Shown here: positions 31,076-41,420 of the stretch, piece after piece
Layout of the letters: each line of letters opens with the position of its first letter
How positions within the stretch are numbered: position 1 is the stretch's first letter
Source: an uncultured Planctomycetaceae bacterium
GTDB lineage: Bacteria; Planctomycetota; Planctomycetia; Isosphaerales; Isosphaeraceae
Direction of reading: 5' to 3'
NCBI GenBank assembly: GCA_963833985.1
Contig: CAWIAD010000002.1
Location: 2,240,001 to 2,304,000 of the forward strand
DNA length: 64,000 bases
Notes under the pieces: model-generated
The model's database searches: none
Seen by the model: the letters and a program-made list of their open reading frames with translations, nothing else
What the model was told of the DNA's origin: nothing
Program-made: the position numbers and the translations under genes

Positions 31076-31501
31076 TCACTCGCGAAACGGCTCAAACCCG
31101 ATCGCAATCCTGCCTCCCAACGCATGAGCAACCCTGGCCAGTGTTCTTACCGTGGGGTTCGGGTTGGCACCACGTTCGAGCTTGGCCAGCGCGCTGCCCT
31201 CGACCCCTGAAGATCGGGCCGCGTCGTCGAGCGACAGCCCCAACGCTTCACGACGGACCCTCAACTCACGTCCAACCCGCGCCAGGTCAACACCCACCGA
31301 TTGGGCGGTCAGGATTCGATGGAAGGTTCCGTCGGCGGTTGTGATGCCGCCCGTCTTTTCAACTTCGGTCTCGATCGCATCAACCGCTTTGGACTGTCGG
31401 GCTCGAGCTTCCGCCGTCCGATGCTTGGCCATCAGTGCTTCGGCTTTGGCTCGACGCTCCGGCGTCATTCCTTCCAGCTGCTCTCGCGTTCTGGGATGCA
31501 T
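31076..31501 (-). CDS. XRE-family HTH protein, putative antitoxin
   Basis: GAGGAG RBS; LRVRREALGLSLDDAARSSG...LAKLERGANPNPTVRTLARVAHALG. Confidence 0.85.
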   Translation of the reverse strand: MHPRTREQLEGMTPERRAKAEALMAKHRTAEARARQSKAVDAIETEVEKTGGITTADGTFHRILTAQSVGVDLARVGRELRVRREALGLSLDDAARSSGVEGSALAKLERGANPNPTVRTLARVAHALGGRIAIGFEPFRE

Positions 31502-31515
31502 GGCGATCGCTCTCC

Positions 31516-31788
31516 TCATTCGTCGGATTCTTAGGCGGATACGTGGCGCACGTAAATGAAGTCGTCGGACTCGTCGAGTTGGAACACAATCCGCAGATTC
31601 CGGCCCGAGTTCGTCTTGCCGACGCACGTCATGTTCTCCGGGTGCGACCGGCTCGTCTGTATATTGCGACGAGCGACCGTGGTCAAAACCTGTTCAAACT
31701 CCTTTGGCGTCACCCCGTTATGGCCGACGTGGCGGGTATTACTCCGCGAGTCTCCGTCGTTCTCCCAATCACAGAGATCGAAGTGCAT
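31516..31788 (-). CDS. BrnT/DUF4258-like putative toxin (TAA at 31531-31533 replaces the expected Tyr)
   Basis: NTRHVGHNGVTPKEFEQVL..SRS..GKTNSGRNLRIVF..VSA*ESDE; directly upstream of the HTH gene. Confidence 0.65.
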
Positions 31789-31936
31789 CGCGACGCCTCG
31801 CCCACGTTGTTCACCATTGGCAATATAATACCAACACCAACATCGACGCCTCAAGAATTGGCTTGGTATTCTGTTACCTCGGAATCGTTTGGGCGCGCGT
31901 CACGGCCTGATGAATGACCAGGGGATGAGTGGATCG

Positions 31937-32084
31937 TCACCACTTCCGTTCAAACTCTTGATGGATGTGCAGATCCGCGATTGTTGAGATGGATCGCCGC
32001 CTTCTGGAGACGGACGTGACCGAGGATCTTCTGCACTTCTGGCAGCTTCATCCCTTTGTGCAAGGCAGTCGCGGCGAATTTGTA
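31937..32084 (-). pseudogene. Tyrosine recombinase (XerC/D-like integrase) C-terminal remnant
   Basis: Minus strand reads KFAATALHKGMKLPEVQKILGHVRLQKAAIHLN then, shifted, LHIHQEFERKW*; box II LGH with the catalytic Tyr replaced by His; not in the ORF track. Confidence 0.75.
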
Positions 32085-32177
32085 GGGGATCCGAGACCTG
32101 GCGCTTAACTCTCACGCCCCGGGTTGCCCGTGCGTCGCTGTGTAGCAGGCGTCAAATCCTGCGTGCGGACGACCGGC

Positions 32178-32540
32178 TTAGCGTTTGACCTGGATGGGAA
32201 TCTGGTTGATCTTTGCGGCCAGGATGAAGTCATTCTCGCTGAGGCCGCCAATGGCGTGGGTCGTCAGCTCGACGCTCACCTGGCGGTAGCCCTGGAGATG
32301 GAGGTCGGGATGATGCCCTTCGTCCTCGGCCAGTGCGGCCAGCTTGTTGAAGAATTCGATTGCGGCCATGAAGTTTCTGGCGGTCCAGTCCCGGCGGATG
32401 GACTGCCCGTCCCGGGCAAGCGACCATCCATCGACCTGCCGCAACTGTTCCTCGGCCTGCTCGCGCGACAGCGGCTCGACGCCGCCCTCGCAGGGAGCAC
32501 ACTTCTTCTGCACCAGTTGTTCGTGTGAAAGCGCGCTCAT
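32178..32540 (-). CDS. phhB: Pterin-4-alpha-carbinolamine dehydratase
   Basis: KCAPCEGG, AEDEGHHPDL, TTHAIGGLSENDFILAAKI. Confidence 0.92.
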   Translation of the reverse strand: MSALSHEQLVQKKCAPCEGGVEPLSREQAEEQLRQVDGWSLARDGQSIRRDWTARNFMAAIEFFNKLAALAEDEGHHPDLHLQGYRQVSVELTTHAIGGLSENDFILAAKINQIPIQVKR

Positions 32541-32591
32541 CACGGAGACTCCCTGGGGCGCGTGACGTGAAACATGAAAACGGATGTGTCT

Positions 32592-33392
32592 CTACCGGAA
32601 GCTTTCGCTGGAGCCGGGGAATTCACCGCTCTTGACGTCCCGCACGTAGCCGGCGGCCGCCGTGCGGATCGCTTCTCCAAGGTCGGCGTAGAGCCGGGCG
32701 AACCTGGGACGCGGGCCCTCCATCAGGCCCAGCATGTCGTGCACGACCAGCACCTGGCCGTCGCAGCCGTTCCCCGCGCCGATGCCGATCGTCGGAATGG
32801 TGATCTCGGCCGTGATCTGCGCGGCGATCTCGGCCGGAACACATTCCAGCACCACGGCGAAGGCGCCGGCCGCGGCCACCGCCTGGGCGTCGGCCCGCAG
32901 GAGGTCCGCGGCGCGCTGGACCTTGTAGCTGCCGAGGCGGCGAATCGATTGCGGGGTCAGGCCGATGTGGGCCATCACGGGGATCTCGGCCTCCACCACC
33001 GCCTTGAGCGTTGCGGCCATCCGTTCTCCCCCCTCCAGCTTCACCGCCTGGCAATTGGTTTGCTTGAGGATCTTGCCGCTGGACCGGATGGCCTGGCGCG
33101 GGGACAGGTGATACGACAGGAACGGCAGATCGGCCACGACCAGTGCCCGCCGCGCCGCTCGGGCCACCATCTCCGCATGGTAGAGCATCTGTGGCAGGGT
33201 GACGCGGAGCGTGGTGTCATGGCCCTGCACGGTCGTCCCCATCGAGTCGCCGACCAGCAGGCAGTCGACGCCCGCGGCGTCCAGCAGGCGAGCCATCGGG
33301 TAATCGTAGGCCGTCAGCACCGTGATCTTGCGGCCCTGATTCTTCCAGGCCGCAAAATCAGGGACGACGACGGGGCGATCGTCAGTGGCCAT
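32592..33392 (-). CDS. panB: 3-methyl-2-oxobutanoate hydroxymethyltransferase
   Basis: LTAYDY, LLVGDSMG, ADLPFLSY, AVKLEGG, HIGLTPQS, GIGAG..DGQVLV. Confidence 0.95.
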   Translation of the reverse strand: MATDDRPVVVPDFAAWKNQGRKITVLTAYDYPMARLLDAAGVDCLLVGDSMGTTVQGHDTTLRVTLPQMLYHAEMVARAARRALVVADLPFLSYHLSPRQAIRSSGKILKQTNCQAVKLEGGERMAATLKAVVEAEIPVMAHIGLTPQSIRRLGSYKVQRAADLLRADAQAVAAAGAFAVVLECVPAEIAAQITAEITIPTIGIGAGNGCDGQVLVVHDMLGLMEGPRPRFARLYADLGEAIRTAAAGYVRDVKSGEFPGSSESFR

Positions 33393-34928
33393 TCCTGGCA
33401 GTCTCGCGAGGTTCAAGTTCGGCGATGAGGACGGATGGGGAATCCATCCTGACCTTGTAACGCTTGCGGATCATTTCGTGCAAGGCGATTCGCCGTTCGT
33501 CCTCCGCCTGCGGAGGCACGTCGGCGAAGAACCGCGCCCCATGAGCCCGATAGAACTCGATGAGATCGATCGGCTCGGCAACGGCCTGCGGACTTGTTCC
33601 AGGCCACTCCTCCGCGGCCCTCCGGGCGGCCGCGGGCGTGAATTCCAGCCGGCACCCGCGGCGATCGGCCTGGAAGAGCAAGGCCTCTGGGGCCGCCAGC
33701 AAGGCAGAGTCGGGAACCACTTCCCGCACGCTCCGCGCCGCGGTTTCGATCTGCGTCCATTCCGGCGGGGTTTGCCAGGTGGAACGTGACAGGTACGCGC
33801 TGGAAAGCAAGAAGAGCAGGGCGACGAGCCAGCCCGCCAGGGGTCTGCGCGACAGGCTCACCGCGCCGCGGCCGATGCCAGCCGCGATCGCCGGGGCGAG
33901 AATCAGCCAGTAGTATTCGTGATGGAGCTTGCCCGCCAGCAACCCCAGTGCAACGCCCGAGGCGATTGCCCAAACTTTCCAGAGATCAGGCGGCCTGTGC
34001 CCGGGACGGGCGGCCATCACTTCCCGGGGCTCTGCCGGCGGCCGCCAGAGGCCCCAGAGACCGAGGACCAGCCCGACCGGCGTGAAGGCGCGGATGACCA
34101 GGAATCGCCAGACGTACGCCCACGTTGCCGCGCGGCCCAGGGCGCCAGTCCCGTGACGTTCATCCAGATGGCCCGATTTTCGACCGAGGCGCGCGATCCG
34201 GCTGAGGTTGACATGAGATGGTTCGCCCAGGCGTACCAGAGCAGGACCGGCACCAGCGTGGACAGGGCAAACAGGATGGGGCCAGCCCGCCGCGGTCGAA
34301 TGACGACCGCCATGAGCGGTGCCAGCACCAGGGCCGCGGTGATCTTGGCAGCAATCCCGAGGGCCAGCAGCAGCCCTCCAGCGACCAGCCACAGGGTCGT
34401 CCCTCCGTCGCGGCTTCGGTCCCAGCACGCCAGTCCCGCGAGCGTGGCGCCCAGCATGAGCGCGTCGGGCTGAAAGGAACGGCCGTATCGGAGCGTCACC
34501 GGCAAGAGAGAGAACGCCACCATGGCCGCAATCGCTACCCGTTCGCCATCGCGGCGTCGGATCAGTTCGTAGAGCCCCCATGCGGCCAGCGCCGTGGCCA
34601 GTGCCGAGGTGATCCGTCCGCTGGCTGGCAGGTCGAGCGCCGTCAGCTTGCGGATCGCCACGACCAAGGCCTCGTAAACCGGCGGCTCGACCACGAAAAG
34701 ATTCGGAAAGGGAGCCGTGTCGAGCTGCGGATGGAGGAACCCCGAGCCGCGTTCGAGGTTGCGGGCGACCATGGCCGTGGGCACCTGGCGGCCGACGTAG
34801 TTCTCGGCGATCGGTTGGTGGACGCCGATCAGCCGGACGGCGAATGTTGCCAGGCATGCAAGCACCGGCGCCCACCGCCGGCTCCGGCCGGAACTTCGCG
34901 GGGCGTACTCGGCCTCAGGGCTGGACAA
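33382..34928 (-). CDS. GT-C membrane glycosyltransferase (ArnT/PMT-like), frameshifted near 34140
   Basis: RQVPTAMVARN, EPPVY, GRSFQPD, many TM helices, HHEYYW in the second frame. Confidence 0.75.
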
Positions 34929-35103
34929 GGGGGAACATCCTGGATTCTCTGGATTTTTCAGATCCTGCCAAAAAGAAATTGAAACGGTGGACGGAAGATG
35001 GCAGGATACGGTCGCCGTTCACATCCAACTTCTCAGTTCCAAGCGGCGTGCGAGCGATTCTCGGCTCCCAGCGCGCTTGTCTCTGCCTCGGGGAGGACGC
35101 ACC

Positions 35104-35538
35104 ATGCTCGTCCGCGATATCCTGGAGTCCAAGGGGAGGCAGATCATCTCGATCGATCCCGAAGCGACGGTTCATGAAGCGATTGCCCGGCTGGTGCAGA
35201 ACAATATCGGATCGCTGCCCGTCGTCGATCACAATGGCCGGATGGTGGGAATCTTCGCCGAGCGCGACGTCCTCCGGATCATTCATAATCGAGGTGAAAA
35301 CTTCGGTCGAATGCGGATCTCGGACGTGATGACTCCGGATCCGATCACCTGCGATGTCGTCGATGACGTCAATGACGTCATGGGCCAGATGAGCGAGCGG
35401 AGGATCGCCAAGGTTCCCGTGGTTCATGACGGTACGCTCGTGGGTATCATCTCCGTGGGCGACGTCATCAAGGTCATGTATGAGAAGGTCGCGACCGAGA
35501 ACCACCACCTCCTCTCGTACATCCAGGGGGCCGTCTAG
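35104..35538 (+). CDS. CBS domain pair protein
   Basis: GGAGG RBS; MLVRDILESKG, NIGSLPVVD, GIFAERD, VGIISVGDVIK. Confidence 0.9.
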   Translation: MLVRDILESKGRQIISIDPEATVHEAIARLVQNNIGSLPVVDHNGRMVGIFAERDVLRIIHNRGENFGRMRISDVMTPDPITCDVVDDVNDVMGQMSERRIAKVPVVHDGTLVGIISVGDVIKVMYEKVATENHHLLSYIQGAV

Positions 35539-37287
35539 CGCTCGCTTCGCCCGCCGTCTTCCTTGTTCTTTGAAACCCTGGCCTTCGCATCTGTCGTCGG
35601 CTTGCTGGAAGTGCGCGCGGCGCCGTTCCGGCCGGGCGTCTTTCGTCCGGTTCCCCGAGGCTTCAGAGCAGAGAGACGGTTCCGCCGGGCACCGTCCGAC
35701 TGCGATGGGTGGGGGGTCAGGGCCGCGTGGTCCTTTGCCTTCGCATGGTGAGGATCAAACCGCGCGGGGATGGGCCCGTTCCAGCGCCCATACACTGCCG
35801 TCAGGGAGGCAAGCTGGTCCTGCACGCGGGTCGTGAGCTGGCCGGCCCGGTACCGCCAACCCCAGTTGCCCTCGGCCTTGCCGGGGATGTTCATCCGTGC
35901 CAGGGAGTCCAGGCCAAGCAGGTCCTGCATCGGGATGATCGCCACCTCGGCGATCGAGCCGAGCGCGAGGCGAATCATGTCCCAGTGAAAGTTCTTCACC
36001 GACCCGCCCGAGTATCGCAGGGCGTAGGCGCGCTCGGCCTGCACCTGCTCTCTGGACTGGGTCGTCTGCACGTGCTCGCTGGTGATCCAGCCGCGTGACG
36101 TGTCGTTATCGTGCGTGCCGGTGTAGACAATGCAGTGGGGCACGAACAGGTGGGGCAGATGCTTCTCGTCGTCGGGGCTGGAAGTGAACCCGAACTGGAG
36201 CACACGCATTCCGGGCAAGCCGAACTCGTCGCGCAGCGCCTCGACCTCCGGCGTGATCACGCCCAGGTCCTCGGCGATCAGCGGCAGGTCCACGAAGCGC
36301 TGGCGCAGCGCCTGGAAGAAGGCCGACCCGGGGGCCTTGATCCACTGCCCCCTGGCGGCGGTCTTCGCCTTGCCATCCACCGTCCAGTAGGCCTCGAAGC
36401 CGCGGAAGTGATCGATGCGGATGAGATCGACCCAGTGCAGCAAGGCGGTCAGCCGCTCCGTCCACCAGGAGAAGCCCTCGCGCTGGTGAACCTCCCAGTG
36501 GTAGAGCGGGTTGCCCCAGAGCTGTCCGGTGGCGCTGAAGTAATCGGGCGGCACGCCCGACTGGACCGTGGTCCGGCCGCGTGCGTCCAGATAGAACAGC
36601 TCCGGACGGGCCCACACGTCTGCACTGTCGTGGGCGACGAAGATCGGGATGTCGCCGATCAGCTTGATGTCTCTCTCGCCGCACTTCCGGCGCAGCGACT
36701 GCATCTGGAGGCTCGAACACGTACTGAACAAACTTGTGATAGCGGATGCCGGCCTCGAGCTTGTCGCGCCAGCGATCCAGGGCGGCTGGCTTGCGCGCGA
36801 CGAGCTGCGGCTCCCACTGGAACCAGGCCTTACCCCCGGTGGCCTCCTTGATCGCCACGAACAGGGCGTAATCGTCGATCCAGCGCGCGCTGGCTTCCAG
36901 GAACGCCTGATACTCCGGATCGTCCTGGGAGAACGCCTCGAACGCCTGCCGCAGCAACGTCTGCTTGAGGTCGGCCACAGCCGTGAAATCGACCTGCTCC
37001 GCGGGTAAGGACGGCAGTCCCGCAAGTTCCGACGCTTTCAGCCACCCACGTTCGACGAGCGCCTCGGGACTGATCAGCAGCGGGTTGCCCGCGAACGACG
37101 AGTGTGATTGATACGGAGAATTCATGCCGCCGGTCGGCCCGAGTGGCAAGACCTGCCACCAGCGCTGGCCCGTTTCGGCCAGGAAGTCGACAAACCGGTG
37201 CGCGCCCGGACCCAGGTCGCCGATGCCGAAGCGTCCCGGCAGCGACGTGGGATGAAGCAAGATGCCGCTGGATCGTGGAAAGTTCAT
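35535..37287 (-). CDS. malQ: 4-alpha-glucanotransferase (GH77), single frameshift near 36711
   Basis: RSSGILLHPTSLPG, WQVLPLGP, IGDIPIFVAHDSADVW, RIDHFRG, AEDLG, YTGTHDNDT. Confidence 0.9.
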
Positions 37288-37388
37288 GAACTCAAACTCC
37301 TTGCCAGGAACGAACCATCGTGCCCGACAGGCATCGATCACTCAAGATCGCATCGCACGGAAAGCGGCGCGCGCTCGCCGCGACGGCT

Positions 37389-38192
37389 TCAGGCACTATT
37401 TTCATGAAGGAACCGCTTGAGCTCGGCGCGGAAGGCGCTCTTGGCCTCCACGTGCGGCAGGTGCCCGACCTCCGGCAGAACCACCATGCGAGCATGGCTC
37501 AGGCCCTCGGCAAGCTGGGCAGCCACGCGCGGGGGGTTCACCAGGTCCAGCGCACCGACGAGCACCAGGCAGGGTACCTCGATCTGGTCGATGCGGCTGC
37601 GCGTGTCGTGGTCGGCCGCGGCGCGGGCCTGCCGGGCGAACGCGTCGGCATCCTGCGGCCAGCGGTTGTGCTCGGCGAAGCGGACCAGGCCCTCGACCTG
37701 GCTGGGGTGCTGGTAGAAGGCCGGAGCCACCAGCCAGGGAAGGGTCGCCCGGGTGAACACCTCGATCGGAACCTGCCGGCGCAGCAGCGTCCATGACTCG
37801 ATCACGGCCTTGCGCCAGGCGTCGCCGCCGGCATGGGTCGATGCCAGGACCAGGCTGCGGACGCGCCGGGGATGCCGCAGCGCCAGCTCCTGGGCCACCA
37901 GGCCGCCAAGCGAGTGCCCGACGATGTTCGCCGCCGGTGCGCCGAGGGCTTCCAGCCAGCCCGCAACGTCGCCGGCCATGTCGGACGTGGTGTAGGGGCC
38001 GCTGAACCGATCGCTCTGGCCGACGTCGCGGGAATCGAACGCCAGCGTGCGATAGCGCGGGCCAAAGTGCTTCTGGGCCAGTCCGAACGCCCGATGGTCG
38101 CCGCCCAGGCCGCTCAGGAACACCAGCGGCTCACCTTCTGGGCTGGTTTCCTCGAAGTAAAACGAGTGCGAGTTCACCACAATTCTGGGCAT
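37389..38192 (-). CDS. Alpha/beta hydrolase (enol-lactonase/esterase-like)
   Basis: [33 protein letters not shown]. Confidence 0.87.
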   Translation of the reverse strand: MPRIVVNSHSFYFEETSPEGEPLVFLSGLGGDHRAFGLAQKHFGPRYRTLAFDSRDVGQSDRFSGPYTTSDMAGDVAGWLEALGAPAANIVGHSLGGLVAQELALRHPRRVRSLVLASTHAGGDAWRKAVIESWTLLRRQVPIEVFTRATLPWLVAPAFYQHPSQVEGLVRFAEHNRWPQDADAFARQARAAADHDTRSRIDQIEVPCLVLVGALDLVNPPRVAAQLAEGLSHARMVVLPEVGHLPHVEAKSAFRAELKRFLHENSA

Positions 38193-38350
38193 CGCGAAGA
38201 AATCCACTAAGATGGACATTCGAAGGAAAAGTGGCCGGAACGATGGAGGTCGTGGCTTCCAGAGTATCCTGGATGGCCCTGACGCGCGAACTCGTCCCGG
38301 TGAGCCCGGTCCTGAATCCACCGGGATTCTCAGCGTAGATTGTCTCTCTC

Positions 38351-39415
38351 ATGAATTTAGAACAATGCGATCCGGACGACGGTGTCCGTGCGGGGGTTGA
38401 ACGCCTTCCGCTGGTCGTGTGCACGTCGATCATCAAGGAGTCGTCGTGGCGCTGGTTCGCCCCACGATTCCCGCGTATCCGCTGGGAGTTCTACGGTCCC
38501 CGGCCGCGGAACTGGCTGGAGCGGAAGATTCAGCGTCCGGCGCTGGCACACTGGCGCAGTTGCTGGGAATCCGTCCATGCTGCCGCCCGCGCACCCGCGG
38601 CTCTCCTCGTCTCGCATGACGCACGGATCACGTTTCGCTGTGCCCAGGCAGCGCGGTTGCAGCGCGCTGCGCGTTCCGCACGTCGCCTGGGGCTTCAATT
38701 ACACAACGCTGCCGCGCGGCCCACTCCGCGGGCTGATGGCGCGGTCGTTCACTTCCGTCGATCGCTTCATCACGTATTCGTCCATGGAGCGATCGCTTTA
38801 CTCGGGGTATTTCGACATTGATCCCGCGCGTATCGACGTGGTTCTCTGGGGAGTAGGACCACCCCAGGTCGAACCGGCCGACCAGCCACTGGAAACCGGC
38901 GACTACATCTGTGCCCTGGGCGGCAACGCGCGTGATTACCGCACGCTGTTCGCGGCGATGGCCCGTCTTCCCGAGATCCCGCTCGTCGCCGTGCTGCGGC
39001 CGGAGAATGTCGCGGGTCTGGAAGTTCCAGCCAACGTCCGCCTCCTCCACAACATCCCCGGCGGAGCCGCCAACAACATCCTCAGGTTCTCCCGGTTCAT
39101 GGTGCTGCCGCTGGCGGGCTCCGAGGTTCCTTGCGGTCACGTGACCCTGGTCGCGGCGATGCACCTGGGCAAGACGATGGTCATCACGAACTCCGAGGGC
39201 GTCTCCGATTACGTGCAGGACGGTGTGAACAGCCTGCTGGTCCCTCCCGGCGACGCCGCATCCCTGGCCGAGCGCCTGCGCGAGCTCTGGAACGACCCGG
39301 CGCGCTGCTGCGCATGAGCGAGGCGGGCCGCCAGTTCGCCGCCGTCCACTGCTCGGAGGAGCCGGTTGTGAACCACCTGCGGCAAGTGCTAACTGACCTC
39401 GGATTGCCGGTGTAG
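38351..39415 (+). CDS. GT-B family 4 glycosyltransferase (frameshifts near 38665 and 39310)
   Basis: GGNARDY, GHVTLVAAMHLGK, DYVQDGVNSLLVPPGDAASLAE. Confidence 0.8.
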
Positions 39416-40344
39416 GGCCTGTCGCGAATCGACCTTCTGTTTCTGGAGAAACCTCTCGATCAGGTCGGACATTGCCTCGCGTTCGTCTTCCAGCAGGTAA
39501 TGGCCCGCCTTGTCGAAGCGGTGGACCTCGGCGTGCGGAAAACGCCTGGTCCACTCGTCCAGGAAGTGATGGTCGAAGACGAAGTCGCGCATGCCCCAGC
39601 CGATGAGCATGGGAATCGATGCAAGCTGGTCGAGCCGGCTCTGCACCCATGAGACCAGCTCATACGACCTGTCGCCGGGCCGGAGCGGAATGTCCTGCAC
39701 AAACCGGAGGATCGCGATCCGGTTTTCCCACGAATCATACGGAGCGATATAAGCCCGTCGCAGGTCGCGCGGCAGCCTCCAGCGCGTACAGCCGATCACG
39801 GCCGTGCCGCGTGCGAAGGCGTTCAGGCCGCGGACCATCCAGGCGCCCAGCGCCGAGTTCCGGCAGATGCCGAGCGCCCAGGGGAGCGACTTGGCGGCGG
39901 GCATGTGGAAGGCTGCCGTGTTCATGACCACCAGCCGGGCGATCCGCTCGGGATGCCGCGCCGCGTAGGTCATGCCGATCATGCCGCCCCAGTCGTGCAG
40001 GACGAGGGTGACCTGGCGGGTCACACCCAGATGGTCGAGCAAGGCCTCCAGGTCATCGGCACGGCTGGCCAGAGTATAGGCATAATGTGCATCATCCGGC
40101 TTGTCGGAGAGTCCGCAGCCAACGTGGTCGGGCACGATGGTGCGGTAAGCCGTGCTGAGCCGCTCGACGAGCCGCCGGTAGTGGAACGACCAGGTGGGGT
40201 TGCCGTGGACCATGATCACAGGCTCGCCCTGGCCCTCGTCGAGGTAGTGGAGCCTGATTCCCGAGCGGTCGAAGTCGCGGCCGGGATGGGCGGCGAGGAA
40301 GGCATCGAGTTCGCGCGAGACCCGCGCCTGAGGGGTTGCGTCAC
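39389..40344 (-). CDS. oleB: OleB-like haloalkane dehalogenase-family hydrolase (beta-lactone decarboxylase type); start out of frame
   Basis: LHYLDEGQG, HGNPTWSF, PDHVGCGLSDKP, LHDWGG, DFVFD, GHYLLED; immediately after oleA. Confidence 0.8.
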
Positions 40345-40345
40345 G

Positions 40346-41397
40346 TCACCAGTCCACGCCCAGCATCAGGCAGTTCAGCCCGCTGCCGATGCCCAGGAAG
40401 GCCACGCGGTGGCCGGGCTGCACCACCTCGCGATCCTCGGCCAGCGCCGCGGTGAGGGGAAGCGACACCGTGCCGATGTTCCCCAGGTAGGGGAAGGTTG
40501 AATAATCCTTGTCGGTCGCGATGCCCAGCGAGCCAAGGATCGTGTCGCGATGCGAGGCACCCACCTGGTGGCAGATCACCCGGTCGATCTGCGGCCTCTG
40601 CCAGCCCAGCGTGCTCAGGAATGCCTGCCAGGTGCGGGTGCCCAGCTCGACGCCATGGGTGAGCACGGCCGCCGAGTCCGTCGAGGTGAATTGCAGGAAC
40701 TGGTGCGGAAGCTCCGCCTCGACGGCCTCGATCCCCCAGCGGCAGAGGCCGTGAAACTGAGGAGCCGACTGCATCGCTCCGCCGGCGAGCCGGTGTCTCG
40801 TCGCGCGGGAGAACGAGCCATCGGAGAGCAGCACGGCCACGGCGCCCGAACCGCCCGTGAGCGTTGCCAGCGACCGTTTGAAGAATTCCATGCTCCGGTC
40901 CTGGCACATCCGCTCGATCATGATGTCGTTGATCTCGCGGGCGGTCTCGCTCGCCACCACCAGCCCCGCGCGGATCTGCCCGAGCTCGATCCGGTTGGCG
41001 ACCTCGACCATGCCGTTGAGCACTCCCAGGCAAGCGTTGCTGATGTCGTAGACGCTGGCCGCGCCCGGATTCCCAGTTCGTGGGCGATCCGGCAGGCTGT
41101 GGCCGGCTCGAAATACTCGCGGCAGACGCCGCCGTAGATCAGCGCGCCGATCTGTTCGGCTCGGATATCGGCGCCTTCGAGTGCGCGGCGGGCCGCCACC
41201 GCGGCCCCCTCGGAAAGCCGGTAGCCCTCTTCCCACCAGCGCCGTTCGACGATTCCGGTGAGGGCCTCGAGCTGTCCCGTGCTCAGGTGCAGCGATTCGT
41301 AGACGGGCTCGAGCCGGGCCTCCAGCTCGGCGGATGAGACCACCACGGGGGCCAGCTCGTAGCCGATCGCTTCCAGGTAAACCTTCGAGTAACGCAT
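40346..41397 (-). CDS. oleA: OleA-like thiolase-fold condensing enzyme, frameshifted near 41065
   Basis: TGIVERRWW, FEPATA (Glu), DISNACLG (Cys), ATLTGGSGA, CHQVG (His), LGNIGTVSLP (Asn), LGIGSGLNC. Confidence 0.85.
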
Positions 41398-41420
41398 CAA
41401 GCCAGTTTCGCCCACCGTGG

